This document shows positions 1 to 12,846 of a DNA stretch of 64,000 nucleotides, one piece after another; positions within the stretch are counted from its first letter, which is position 1; each line of letters opens with the position of its first letter. Below the pieces are notes generated by a model. The model saw only the letters and a list, made by a program, of their open reading frames with translations, did not search any database and had not been told where the DNA came from. A program made the translations under genes and the position numbers. This stretch comes from Eledone cirrhosa (Eukaryota): NCBI GenBank assembly GCA_964016885.1, contig OZ024742.1:85436001-85500000 (forward strand). The letters are read 5' to 3'.

Positions 1-3000
1 GGGCTGCCTTGTAAACCACATGTGTTGTCAATCTTCCGGGAGCGTAGTAAAAGAGATTGGCCGAGTTTCCAACTCTTGAACATCCTACATACAGTTGTCC
101 GTGTGAAAAGCATGGTGTACTGAGGTCCAGCCCAACCACTTTTAGTGACTGCCCCTGGGCTTTGTCAATGGAATGGGGGAATTGGACTCTTTTCATCGAA
201 AAGACACAGTCAGTTGGAATAAGTAGAACTCTGGAAATAAAAACAGAGTCGCCAGCGCCTTTTCCCGTAATGATTTGTAGCCTCGAGAACGTCATCCAAC
301 ATTTGTGTTATAACCAAGCGTGTGCCATTGCAAAGCCGAGGAGGTTGCAAGTTTCTCAAGAGTATGATGGGACTTCCAAGTCTTAGGCAGAGTTTATGCG
401 GTGGCATTCCCGGTGGCTCTTGTAAGTTTAAAAACTCTGTTGGATAAAACGTTACTTGCGTCGTATCCGTAATCGAATCAATCGAAGCATAACATAGCTC
501 TTGGGAAGGAAGTTGACGAAACAGACATGTGTTAAGAGCTTGGACGGTGGCATTTGTAGGAGTTAAGATGGCCCTTTCACACATCCATTGATGACTGACG
601 TAATCTGTTGAGAGGTCGGGGTAAACTCTTGTGCAAATGTCCACAAGGATGGAGACGTAGTTACCGATGGTCCTTATGTCAACCAAACCGTTTACCTCGA
701 TTGGTAAGTTCCCATTACCAACATCCAATAACTTTGAAGCAAAGTAATTATCACCGTCTTGTTGGTAGAGAATCGATCGCATGTTGATGGTTAACTTTCT
801 TGACTGGACGAAGCGCCAAAGATCAGAATGTTTAATGCAAGCATCTATTTCATCAACTGGTTGGCCTTTTGGGACAATGGGAAGCGTTTGACGGAAATCC
901 CCAGCAAGAAACAGAACGACGCCACCGAACGGTTTAGAGTTGGAACGCAGGTCTTGTAGCGTTGGATCGATTGCATCAAGTGCATTCTAGTGGGACATTG
1001 TTGCCTCGTCCCAGACATTCAATTTGCATTTTTGAAAGACAGCAGCCTCATCAGAATTAATCTTTATATTGGTGGTCAGATTTTCAACATGACCGATGTT
1101 AAGGGAAGCTTAAATGTTGAATGGACTGTTCTGCCGCTGTCTAGCAGTGTTGCTGCTATTCCTGAAGACGTCATTGCAATGGCAATCTGTCCAGGTTGGC
1201 GAACTTTAGCAAGCAGGGGGTTGAGGAGAAATATCTTTCCTGTGCCACCTAGTGCATCAAGGAAGTGGATGCCACCGCTGGTGTCTTCAAGCATGGTCAA
1301 AGCAAAAGTATAGACATCAGCTTGTTCAACATTCAAAAGTGTTTCTCTTTCTTGAACGTAGGACAGAAGCCTGGCAGCATCGTAGCATGTATCCCTTAGT
1401 AGGGGGCGGTTACAAACAGCCTCATTTTCTCTTTTAGGGGATTCCATACAGTAGTTCTTCAAGGGACGGCCACCCATTTCCAAAAGTATAAGTATATCTT
1501 CTAGAAATATGAGACCGCATGTGTACATTTCAGCTGTAAACTGTAAATTCATGTGTGTAGACGCGAAGCAAGATTGCATTAGGATGTCCAAACATATGCT
1601 GTCGCGATATTTCTCCCAGAAAGACTGTGGATTCTCAAGACTGCAGTATATGAGCATAACGGCGAAAATCTTACGAAGAGCAATTGGTGACCGCAACATT
1701 GATGCTTCATGGAGGGCGTTGTCATAGTGGTTATCATTGTCGAGAAGACCTAATTTGGAGCAGGCCTCCTTTTTAAATGTTGAACAAATATGGCCATTGA
1801 CGGAACGAAGGTCTTCAACGAAAGTTGGACCTTTGACAACGTGCAATAAAAGACGAAAGAATAGAAGGTGAAAGCATTCTGAATTGAGCGGGTTAACTGT
1901 GTACACTCTTGAGAGGGCATCAGACTCACGCATCCAAGCATCCCTTTGTGAAATGCGTCCTCGCTTTCTTCTTTGAAGATTTATTTCACGTGTAGAATGT
2001 TGACAACGCATAAAGAAGTGTTCTAGCAAAAGAATCAGAAGTACAATGTTCAAAGAATCCGGTAAGGGTCGTTCTTCGAGGTTGTCTTGCACATTCAAGC
2101 ATATTTTCTTGGTTAAAATAAACCTGTTGACCATTCTCCAAATGAATGTTGAGGTGAATAATTGCAGATTCAGGGATCGGAAAACCAAATATGCGCCAAA
2201 ATACCTCGTTAGAAGAGATGTAGCGTCCAGTTTGGAAAAATGTGACTTCATCTGTAGCGACATCAGGGTTATCGGTCTTAGTCAACTCAATGACTGCTCG
2301 ATCGGCTCCCTTATGAACATATTTGCAGATGTATTGGATTGATTTTACGGAGTTGCAGAATTCATCATTAATGTGGGCTGAACACATTTTACAAACCACC
2401 TTGTTATGTGGTACAACGCATCGGTGTCGATATTGAAATCTTGACCACCAACGATTGTTATAGTTGCCGTATGTCCACCCTCCTGTGGTGCCCTGCGACG
2501 GTATAAATAGTAGCCATCATCACCAGTTGTGGTTTCATGGATATGTTTACGTAGGTAACGCTTTGTACATTTCCCATTATCGTACATGCAGATTTTGCAT
2601 TTAGGTTGCCACACGGTCCATGGAGCAAATTGGCTTTTATTATTTGAAAGAGGACAGGGTCTTCTTGGGGATTTGGCAATTCAGCACTTATAACGGAATC
2701 AACATCAGTTTACATTACTTTTTTTTAAGCCAAAGGAGAATATGGGCATGTGGGAGTGCTTTCTCCTACCATTCTACGGTGTACATGAAACACCTTACTG
2801 GTCCAAAAAGTTATCCATCCAACATCCATCATTTTCATAAGATTTAGGTGAAACATTCTAGATGTGATATCATGCCTGTGTGAAGGATTTTGGCTGTGAA
2901 GTAAGTGAGACTGGATGTCAAACCATTTTGGATTGCATGTGAAGGTGATAAAAAGATCAGGACGGCCACAATGGAGGACATAGGTAAGAGCATCCTCAAT

Positions 3001-4594
3001 TTTTCATGCATGTAACGGGGGCCTCCAGTGTATGACGATGGGAGAATGACAGAAAGCCCAACATCCGAAGCAATAACCTGATCCGTTCGGTTGAGTTCGT
3101 CACGTAGAAGGCCATATTCTTCTGAACGCAGTTCCTTTTGATGGTGTCTTATCCATTGGAGGCGTTCAGTGTCAATCTGGAAAAGGAAGAAATTGTTGTG
3201 GTAAATATTGAGTGAACTGGCTATGGAAATTTTCTGAACGAAATGATGAAATAAGAAATAGTTACCTTAGCAAATACGTCTACACAGTATTGATTGAGGA
3301 GCATCCGTGTTCTATGCAGAATGTTGATGTGCGTTTTGCGAACCATAAGCCTAAATGCATAAAATTCCATTTATGAAATGGTTTTCCGTGGTTGAAGATG
3401 CATTAAAGTTACCGGATTACAATTTGGCAAGTCAATGCGGAAGCCATCGTCGCCAAAGAGGGGAACAGTAATGAATATTGGAAGGCATCATATGCAGGAT
3501 GGACTTCATTTATATTTTGAAGACGCGAGTCCTGCCATTCAAGAACAATACCACGGTTTGAAGCACTCTCATTAGGACTTGTTATAAGCACCGCAACTTC
3601 ATCGGTTTGGGGTATGTTAAAGGAACCCTGATGCTGCCCTGGTGGAGCGCAGTTACCGCGAATAACAACCTTGAATTGATTGGTGTTAGCATCTCTACGC
3701 TGAAAAGCAGTTTTGAAAATGGTGACATAGGGGTTTATGGTATGAAGCATATATTGAAGAGGCTGCAGAAGAAAAGGTATTGTTCCTTTAGCAACTGAAG
3801 CTCTTCGTGCAGTTTCTTCAGGTCCGTTCCCCATAAAGTAAATATGGAGAAAACTGTGTTCATCGCCATCTTATGGAATAAGGGAGCCAATTCGATGGGA
3901 AATTTGGCCTTGCACTTTGAATGTGGGCATATCATTTCCATCTTTTATTGGTGTATGACCAAAGTTTGTCATTTGGAAAGCCGAATTGTAGGCTATTATA
4001 TTTCTAAGAAAGTGTTTAGAACCAGGGTGGTCTCCAAGCAGCAGAGAATTCAAAGGTTCGGTACCGACTTGTAAATGAGGCAATCTAACCGTTCCATTGG
4101 AGCAGCATATACCGGTAGATTCTGCTGGCTACCTCATTGCGTTACAATGGACGCAAACAGTTGACATGCTACTAATGATGATATGTGAGTGGGATGCGTT
4201 GTCCTCTTGGTGGCTGTAATGAAAAGCCTTCTCAGACCAGAAACAGGAAGAAACCCTCGGAAAGACATGAGAACGCATTTTCCGTTGAGAATCAGCCGCA
4301 AGCCTTGTTGCCCTTTGGCAAACAGTCTCTAAAGCACGGCTATTTGAAGTAGAAGCAGCATCGCATACAAGCCGGAGTTCTGCTTGTTCAGCAGTCTGTA
4401 ATGCTCTGGCCTTCGAAGTAGTAGTAGCATTGCGAGAAAGCCGGAGTTCTGCTTGTTCAGTTGTATGTAATGCTCTGGCGATCGAAGTAGAAGCGTAGCA
4501 TACATTGTTCTTCTGTCTCGCTTGCGTGCAAAGAAGACAAAGCAAAAGCATTTCTTATTTTTCTTCCAATGTGACTCTTGCTTTTTCGAGGCAT
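1..4594 (-). pseudogene. Helitron Rep/PIF1-helicase (RepHel), frameshifted with stops
   Basis: Start MPRKSKSHIG at 4594. Rep motifs YTVEW*EKALPHAHILLW and KSIQYICKYVHKG. Helicase Walker A DALGGTGKIFLL, then SSGIAATLL, GRTVHSTFKLPL, LCNGTRL and SIDKAQGQSLKVVGLDLSTPCFSHGQLYVGCSRV near the window start. Confidence 0.93.
3177..3265 (-). other. Phase-0 GT-AG intron in the Helitron Rep gene (89 nt)
   Basis: Donor AAG|GTAAC and acceptor ttcttccttttccag|ATT. Splicing joins QYCVDVFAK to IDTERLQWIRHHQKELR, restoring the conserved Helitron Rep motif. Confidence 0.8.
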
Positions 4595-5673
4595 TCTATG
4601 GAAAATCTGTAATTGAATAAATCTGAAACAAATCAAATAAAAGAAATTTACCTCGTTGGTGTTTATGAGAGTTCTAATATTTACAGGTATATATAAATAT
4701 CTATGCATGTATGTATATATAAAATATATACATATATAAATATAGCTGAAACATATGTATGTATTTATCTATGCATGCATGCATATATAAAATAGTGTCA
4801 TATTTACAAAAATATTTTTCTAATATCGTGTTTAATAGTTCATATTGTTGTCGTCTGCTTCTCTTCTCAAAACATGTGGTTACTTACTGTCTCACTCTCT
4901 CTCTTTCTTCAAACAGCCTCTTCTTTCTTTATAAAAACCTTCTCTCTCTATCTCTCTATCTCTCTCTTCCCCTTTTTTCTTTGTCTCTTTCTTTCTGTCG
5001 CTGTTTCCCTTCTATAGACATTCTCTCTCTTTATTATTCTGTCTTTCTCTCTCTTCTATTCTGAACTTTCTACTTCCTTCTCAAATCATTAACTGTCAAC
5101 CAGAGACTGATATACTACAGAACCTACTGCAAATGTTCAAAGAAAATATCATTACAAACTGACAGATCACCGATAAGAAATTGTGAAACACAATGCTGTA
5201 AATGCTATGTATATATCGTTAAGGAATTATCACAGCAACTACCGTCAATCAAATTACTGAGTACAATACTTGTCTACCTTGTAGGTTCTAGAAGTATTAC
5301 AGTTCATCAGTGCTAATTAATAAAAGAGTCTTGTAATACACAATATACAGCGTCATCTAAAGTGGTTATGTTTCTTTTATAAAAACATCTCGCACCCTCC
5401 TTTAGCAATGTGTACAATTTTAAGAGATCGGGTTAATAATACGCAAGTTATAATACCTTACACACACAGACAAAACGGGACTCAATCTCATCGAAAATCT
5501 GTACTTGAATAAATCTGAAACAAATCAAATCAAAGAAATTTACCTGGTTGCTGTTTGTAGGAGCTCTAATGAAGATGTTGAATGCAAAGTTCCATACGGA
5601 TTAGAAAAATGGCGATGTATATGTGTATATATAAATATACCTGTAAACATATGTATGTATTTATCTATGTATG

Positions 5674-5728
<55 letters not shown>

Positions 5729-6084
5729 CAAATAATGAATAAACAATGAAACAGTTCCTTATATTAAACAAAAAAAGTTCATTATTTAACGATCGTTTCT
5801 AGGATATATATGTATTAGAATTGGCATGCATATTCAACAGATCTATGTACAAAATTATACAAAATTATACAAACTATCAAGATTAAATATACATACCAAC
5901 ACATATATACGCCGTCTTCAGAAATAATATTTTAATAATATTTAATATTTTATCTTGACTCTGTATACCGTTTATCTTTCACCGAAAGTGATTTTTCATT
6001 ACATCTCTTCTTTCCATGATATCCGGAATACATTGAGTTCTTCATACGGATTGGACACTACCGTAAACTCTTGGTAGATTTATC

Positions 6085-6144
<60 letters not shown>

Positions 6145-6175
6145 AAAGAATAGAGGTGTAACACACAAGTTATTA

Positions 6176-6663
6176 TATATTGGTAAACGGAATAGAAAAT
6201 GCTGACAAATTGTTCACAGTTGAAAAATGGTTTAATTAGGAATAAAAGAGTATTAGTGATTGTATGGGTTAGTATTCAGTTGTGGTTTTAAGTTTTTACC
6301 GGTTGCGCATTTCTAAATGCTTTTCAAAAATAATTTTGAGATAGAGTGTCTGTGCTGTTTGCTCTGATCTGATTAGTTTTGGGAATTCTACCTGTTTTTA
6401 TGTTAAAAAAGTGGCTCCAGCGTTATTTTTGTGTTGCAAAAATGCTTGTGGTCAAAACAATTTTGATTGGTCGGTAGAGGTCATGTGAATGTAAAAAGTT
6501 GATTTTGCGCCAAGACTGTTTTTATGTTAAAAAAGTGGCTCCAGCAAAAATTCTTGGTCAAAACAATTTTGATTGGTCGGTAGAGGTCATGTAGATAAAA
6601 AATTGGTTTTGCGCCAAGATTGAGAAATGGCTCTTTCACAACAAATATGTGTGTGTGTGTGTA

Positions 6664-6729
<66 letters not shown>

Positions 6730-7086
6730 TGTGTGTGTGTAAACAGTCTTGGCGCAAAATCAACTTTTTACATTCACATGACCTCTACCGACCAATCAAA
6801 ATTGTTTTGACCACAAGCATTTTTGCAACACAAAAATAACGCTGGAGCCACTTTTTTAACATAAAAACAGGTAGAATTCCCAAAACTAATCAGATCAGAG
6901 CAAACAGCACGGACACTCTATCTCAAAATTATTTTTGGAAAGCATTTAGAAATGCGCAACCGGTAAAAACTTAAAAACTTAAAACCACAACTGAATACTA
7001 ACCCATACAATCACTAATACTCTTTTATTCCTAATTAAACCATTTTTCAACTGTGAACAATTTGTCAGCATTTTCTATTCCGTTTA

Positions 7087-7095
<9 letters not shown>
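6176..7095. repeat. Inverted repeat (arms about 6176-6521 and 6741-7095) of a PLE-tail family around a (GT)n spacer
   Basis: Arms are near-exact reverse complements and the outer ends lie at or near (TA)n. A third, truncated copy is at 36666-36808. Confidence 0.9.
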
Positions 7096-7143
<48 letters not shown>

Positions 7144-7173
7144 CTGTAATCATATGTATTTATTTATCTATGA

Positions 7174-7223
<50 letters not shown>

Positions 7224-7430
7224 ATTTATCTATGCATGCATGCATATATAAAATATTGCCATATTTACAAAAATATTTTTCTAATATCGTGTTTAATATT
7301 TTATATTGTCGTCTGCTTCTCTTCCATTTCATCACATCTGGTTACTTACTGTCCCATTCTCTCTCTGTCTTTCCTCTCTCACACAGCCTCTTCTTTCTCT
7401 TTCTGTTTGCCAGTCCCTACTCTCACACAG

Positions 7431-7469
<39 letters not shown>

Positions 7470-8985
7470 CTTCCGCTACCTTTTTTATCTCTTTCTTTCT
7501 GTCGCTGTTTCCATCCTATAGACATTCTCTCTCTTTATTTTTCTGTCCCTCTCTCTCTTCTACTCTGTACTTTCTACTTCTTTCTCTTTCTCAATGTACC
7601 GCGTTTACCGGAGTTATGAGTAAAACTATACACACGTATACGTACGTTTATAAATATACATTTATATATTCATTTTTACCTTTATTGCTTTACTTTGTAA
7701 CACCCCTGACTATTTTTACTGTATTTTCATTTTTTCATTGCTCATTTATATTTTTATTCTTTATTTTTATTTTTATATGTATGTATCCATACCTTGTCTG
7801 ACATTGTGTCTCACTATATCACACACCAATTAACCTTTATCATCTTTCAAATGTTCATGTCTGTATTTGTGTATATGTATATTTGTGTACGTCGCCATAT
7901 ATGCATGTATGTGTGTGTACTGTGTGTGTTTAGCCCTAACTTGTTATGCTTTTCTTTGAGTGTGTTTTTTGTGTTTTAGTTTTAGTCTTTTTGTTTATGT
8001 TTTTTGTCTTTACGTCCGTAAGTGTGTATGCTTGTTTTTATTTCATTTTTATTAATATATTTTTTGCATAAGGTTTTTTATTTTTATTTTTTATTTTATT
8101 TTTATTTTTATCTTTAATTTTTATTATATTATTTTACTATTTCATTTTTATATTTAATGTATGTATATATTCTTATTTATATGTGCGTATATAGTTGTCT
8201 ATCAACTGCTATATACGTATTTTACTTCTACCTTCATTTATGTATACGTGTTTTCATATGCGTACATACACATATCTTTTTTACTATACACATGCAATTG
8301 CAAATGTAGATTTATCTATGCATGTATGTATATATAAAATATTGTTATATTACGAAAAATATTTTTCTAATATCGTGTTTAATATTTTATATTGTCGTCT
8401 GCTTCTCTTCTCACAACATGTGGTTACTTACTGTCTCACTCTCTCTTTCTTTCCACTCTCACACAGCCTCTTCTTTCTCTCTATTTTTCTCAGTCCCTTC
8501 TCTCACACAGCCTTCTCACTCACTTTTTCTCTCTCTCTCTCTCTCGCTCTCTCTCTCTTCCCTCTCTTTCTTTCTGTCGCTGTTTCCCTCCTATAGACAT
8601 TCTCTCTCTTTCTTTTTCTGTCCTTCTCTCTCTTCTACTCTGCACTTTCTAGTTCCTTCTCTTTCTCAACCGCGTTCCTGCTTACGGCAGTCTCAATGGA
8701 GATTTTTAACGCAAAGTCACACGAGGATTAGACAAATTGCGATTATCACTTTGAAAGTAACAATTATGCAATAAATAGTTGTTATTGACACGTCTCGCAT
8801 CCTCCTTTGGCAATGTGTAAAACTTTAGCGAGACGGGTGAACAATACGCAAGTTATAATACTTTACACACACAGACAGAACGGGACTTATATAGTAGATA
8901 TACGTCCAACTCTTGCTAGCAGGGAAAGTGGACATATAAAACAACAACCTGCAACATTTTATATAGACTTTATCGATTGAATGTT

Positions 8986-9032
8986 TGTCACTGATGAAAT
9001 AAAAACAAATCTTGAAACAACACTGTCTGGCA
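8986..9032 (+). ncRNA. Type I hammerhead ribozyme motif
   Basis: tgtca-CTGATGA-(decayed stem II)-GAAA-caacactg-TC-tggca. Stem I tgtca/tggca pairs fully with one G-U. Confidence 0.65.
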
Positions 9033-9275
9033 TCCTTGAGTGGACTGCAACTCTGTTATATATTATTACAGGAAAATAGAGACAAATAAATTGCTTTGTT
9101 ACGAAAAAATAATTTTCTTTGATAGCAAGTCTACTAAAATGAAGATGTTTTCATCTGCACATCTTAAAAACGTAAGATAGATGCTTAAAAAGTAAGATAG
9201 AAATCTGATTTGATTTTATTGCTCTCTCACCCTCTCTTTTTCTTTCTCTATCTCTCCCCTCTCTCTCTCCCACTT

Positions 9276-10279
9276 CTACTGAATAAAATCCTATACAACG
9301 TTCACTAAAACTTGAGAACCATCCAACCGATTGTTTTCAAACTTTAGACATGTAATATTTATGGTCCTGTGAGTGTTTTGAGCAAAAGTTATTTCAACTT
9401 TTCAATGCCCTATGGACCGCATTAGGCGATTTAGCGTTATCTCTATATAATTCTTAGTCTTTCTTTTTAGATAGATACATAGATATAACGTTGCGCCCTT
9501 ATAATATATGTCTGTATGTCTGGCTGTCTGCATTAAGTCATTATGACGCGCTCAGTGTGTGTGTGTATATATATATGTATCGTAATGCAGACAGCAAGAC
9601 ATAGCTTTCCTTCCCCTCTTCCAGCGTCTCTCTATCTCCCTCCCGCTATCCCCCTCTTGTAGTCTGTCTCTTTCTTTCACTCTCACTCTCTCTCTCTACG
9701 CGTCGGACAGACAGACAGACAGAGAAATTGCTGGTTATATATTATAAGGAGACTAGCAGAAAACCACCCGAGTGGGCGGTTTTCTGCTAGTCTATATATC
9801 TAAAACAGAGAATGTCTTTCTGTCTGTCAGCTCACTGAAACTTGAGAACCATCCAACCGATTGTTTTCAAACTTTAGACATGTAATACTTATGGTCCTGT
9901 GAGTGTTTTGAGCAAATATTATTTCAAAATTTCAATGCCCTAGAGACCGCATTAGGTGATTTAGCGTTATCTCTATATACTTCTTAGTCTTTCTTTTTAG
10001 ATAGATACATAAATATAACGTTGTCCCCTTATAATATCTGTCTGTATGTCTAGCTGTCTGCATTACGTCATTATGACGCGCTCAGTGTGTGTGTGTGTGT
10101 ATATATATGTATCGTAATGCAGACAGCAAGACATAGCTTTCCTTCCCTTTTCCAGCGTCTCTCTCTCTCCCTCCCGCTATCCCCCTCTTGTAGTCTGTCA
10201 CTTTCTTTCACTCTCACTCGCTCCCACTACGCGTCGGACAGACAGACAGAGAAATTGCTGGTTATATATTATAAGGAGA
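9276..10279 (-). mobile_element. Tandem non-autonomous Helitron units joined by a 38-bp palindrome (9753-9790)
   Basis: Two near-identical units of about 480 bp. Minus-strand 5' ends TCTCCTTATAATATATAACC at 10279 and 9752. Junction ctagcagaaaacc-N12-ggttttctgctag. Confidence 0.75.
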
Positions 10280-11301
10280 TATACGTTAATTGGAGTTAAA
10301 CTAACGATGCACCACAAGACAACGTAATTTTTCTCACAATACGGACGGCATATTTATTCAATGCTATTATCTCCCGTATCACACCTGGAAATGTTAATCG
10401 ACATGACGGGTAATATCATAATGTAACTATGCATACTGTCAGAATAATCACGGTTTCAGGGAATTTGGTGACACAAATATCTGAAATTTTGAATCTTCAA
10501 CATCCATCCTCTGTATATCAAGTGAACACATAAGTCAGACTAGTTTTGTTACACATAAGGAAATCACAGGAATCTTATAACTGTGAATGGTAGGTGTGTC
10601 CCTTGTAAAGAATGTATCAATCATCATAGGATAAGAATGATTTATTTCTGTTTAAGAGTTTGGCTGACAAGAAGTTAGAGGGGAATTACTGAAGCTATGG
10701 AAGTTGAACAAACCGTTTACTCAATGTACTAGTTAACGCTTCTTATAGAACAAATAGGCTGACTAACGCATATAACAGAGATGAATTGAGGGTTTGCACA
10801 AGGTTACCTGCTTGAGTAGATAGAAGGGAGTGTAGACACCGGTTGCATATAGAAAAGTGTGAGGTATATTTGAAAAGTATTTTACCCATATTTGGTGACG
10901 CAATGTGTGGATGAATGAGTTGTTTATAATTGCAAGTGAATATATAATAAAGACTCAAGTCTACTCTGAGCAAATATGTAAGTTCATCAACTTGTTAAAA
11001 CAGTTTATGTAATTTACGTAAACAACTGCATGATTGATTAAGTAGAGAATTAATCTGGATTAGATGCAATTCGCTTTATTTCCAGAAAGAAACATTACTG
11101 TATCCACTTTCGTAATGAGACGACTGCACGAATATTAACGATGGGACCGCATTCATCAATATCCACTACTCCCTGCTGTCACTTGCATACTTTAACCATC
11201 ATTTCCTCTACCACAGTAGATAACCTGTTTGAATCTACCTGTTTCCTTATTATCTACTGCTTTCTATCCTATTTTCTCACTTTTGCACATTAACTCTCAC
11301 T

Positions 11302-11305
<4 letters not shown>

Positions 11306-11392
<87 letters not shown>
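11306..11392. repeat. (CT)n microsatellite, one example of dozens of (TA)n/(GT)n/(CT)n/(GAT)n tracts in the window
   Basis: Directly visible dinucleotide run. Confidence 0.98.
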
Positions 11393-11396
<4 letters not shown>

Positions 11397-11837
11397 TGAA
11401 ATGTGTTCATTAATGTATCTTTCGTAATCCACATACTTTACTCTCTGTTTACGTATTGACCAGATCTTCACCTCTTTTGAAATGTTCGATCCTGTTTATC
11501 ATGAATGGAGACTACTTTGATTCGACTCAGCTTTTTGTCTCACGGGGGATCCCACACCGTATCTAGTATGTGTGCGATGACACTATTAACCCATTACATT
11601 CTGATAAGTGTTTGACATTAGGAATGATAATATTGATCGTGCTCGTGCAATATGGATCTCACACCTGGTTTGTAATGCGGTAAGTATACGCACTAATAGA
11701 GACCATTACGACGTGCATAGCTCTTGTAAGAATATTATGTGATCTTAATATGATGATGATGGTAATAGTGATGCTGATGAGGAGGAGAGGCATGATGCAG
11801 ATACGCTTGCAGCTGCTGCTGCTACTTCTGATGAGGG

Positions 11838-11875
<38 letters not shown>

Positions 11876-12846
11876 GAATATGTTTTTACTTGTTTAACTC
11901 TACTGTTTAACCTTACTAAATGCGGCCTATGTGTAAATTATTTCTTTTTTTTTACATTTGCAAATGGAGATATTTTAAAAATAGTTTACATCATCAACAT
12001 CATATTCGAATTGATACTAATGGAGAATGTTAGATATAGGGGGAACACTATTGTTTTCGTTTATATCTAGGGAAAGAGTATTACTTTCTCTGAAGAACTG
12101 TCTTGACATATATGCTACGTTGATTTAAGAGATGAACTTTGACATATATGACTGATTTGAATCTCTATGAGTTGCAAAACAGTTTTCATTTTCTATCAAT
12201 TTCAACGTCACTGTTGTATTGACATTTTCAATAAGAATTTAGAAATAATATACCTGGTGGTTGGATAAGAGGGAACACCTTTTTCAGAAGATAGACACCT
12301 CTTTAATATGAATCTTAAACTTTGAATCAAATTGTCTGTAACATTCTACACAAAGGCTACTTTTTTAATGTCTTAAACAGTATCGACTGTTGTAATTTAT
12401 CTCAGAAATGGATTACGAAAGAAATGCGATTAATGTAGTCTAATTGTGCTTCCGTAAGAGTGTTAAGTGTGTGGTGCAGTAGGCAATGCATCTGCAGACA
12501 GTAGGTCGTCATCAGTAAAATAATTTCTGTTATGCATTTCGTTTCTATACTCTTTTAATTCAGACAAATAGGTCATTTTATGGAGTTCGATATGGAAAAT
12601 TCTGCTGCGAGGGATTATGGATGGTGAAATTTGGGAAGTATGATTGTGGCTTTTGACTATCGCATTTGACCGATGATAGCTATAGGGGCAGAGTACGTGC
12701 AGGGGACCATGTTGACGATGATGAAGACGTCGATTACGAAACGTTGATGATTAGGATTTAATTATGGAGGTTCAGTATATTTGCACAGCATTCTTTGTAT
12801 TTCCCGCGTGAGAATAGTACTCTATCGTTTATACATCATGTGATAA

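Larger units (their letters stand above)
1..8898 (-). mobile_element. Helitron (decayed autonomous type); 5' end at 8898, 3' end lies beyond the left window edge
   Basis: Minus-strand 5' terminus TCTACTATATAAGTCCCG preceded by A. RepHel remnants span 1-4594. The 5' region is internally duplicated and carries nested PLE-tail insertions. Confidence 0.8.

Noticed and set aside
5770-5830. GAAA-cgatcg-TT half-hammerhead on the minus strand
   Set aside because: The CUGANGA side and stem II are too decayed to call, although it is probably a PLE tail relic.
5505-8774. Many ORFs rich in YI/IY, CV, SL and HT repeats (also at 15.2, 31.1, 39-40, 45.2, 51-52, 55-56 and 59.5 kb)
   Set aside because: They are translations of (TA)n, (GT)n and (CT)n microsatellites and low-complexity UTRs, with no domain signal.
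11750-12070. Met-rich 106-aa ORF and CTGATGA matches at about 11775 and 11828
   Set aside because: Derived from a (GAT)n tract; no stems or GAAA partner for a hammerhead.
12490-12520. CTGATGA on the minus strand (also at about 1027, 18362 and 36266)
   Set aside because: No correctly placed GAAA, UH or flanking helices.
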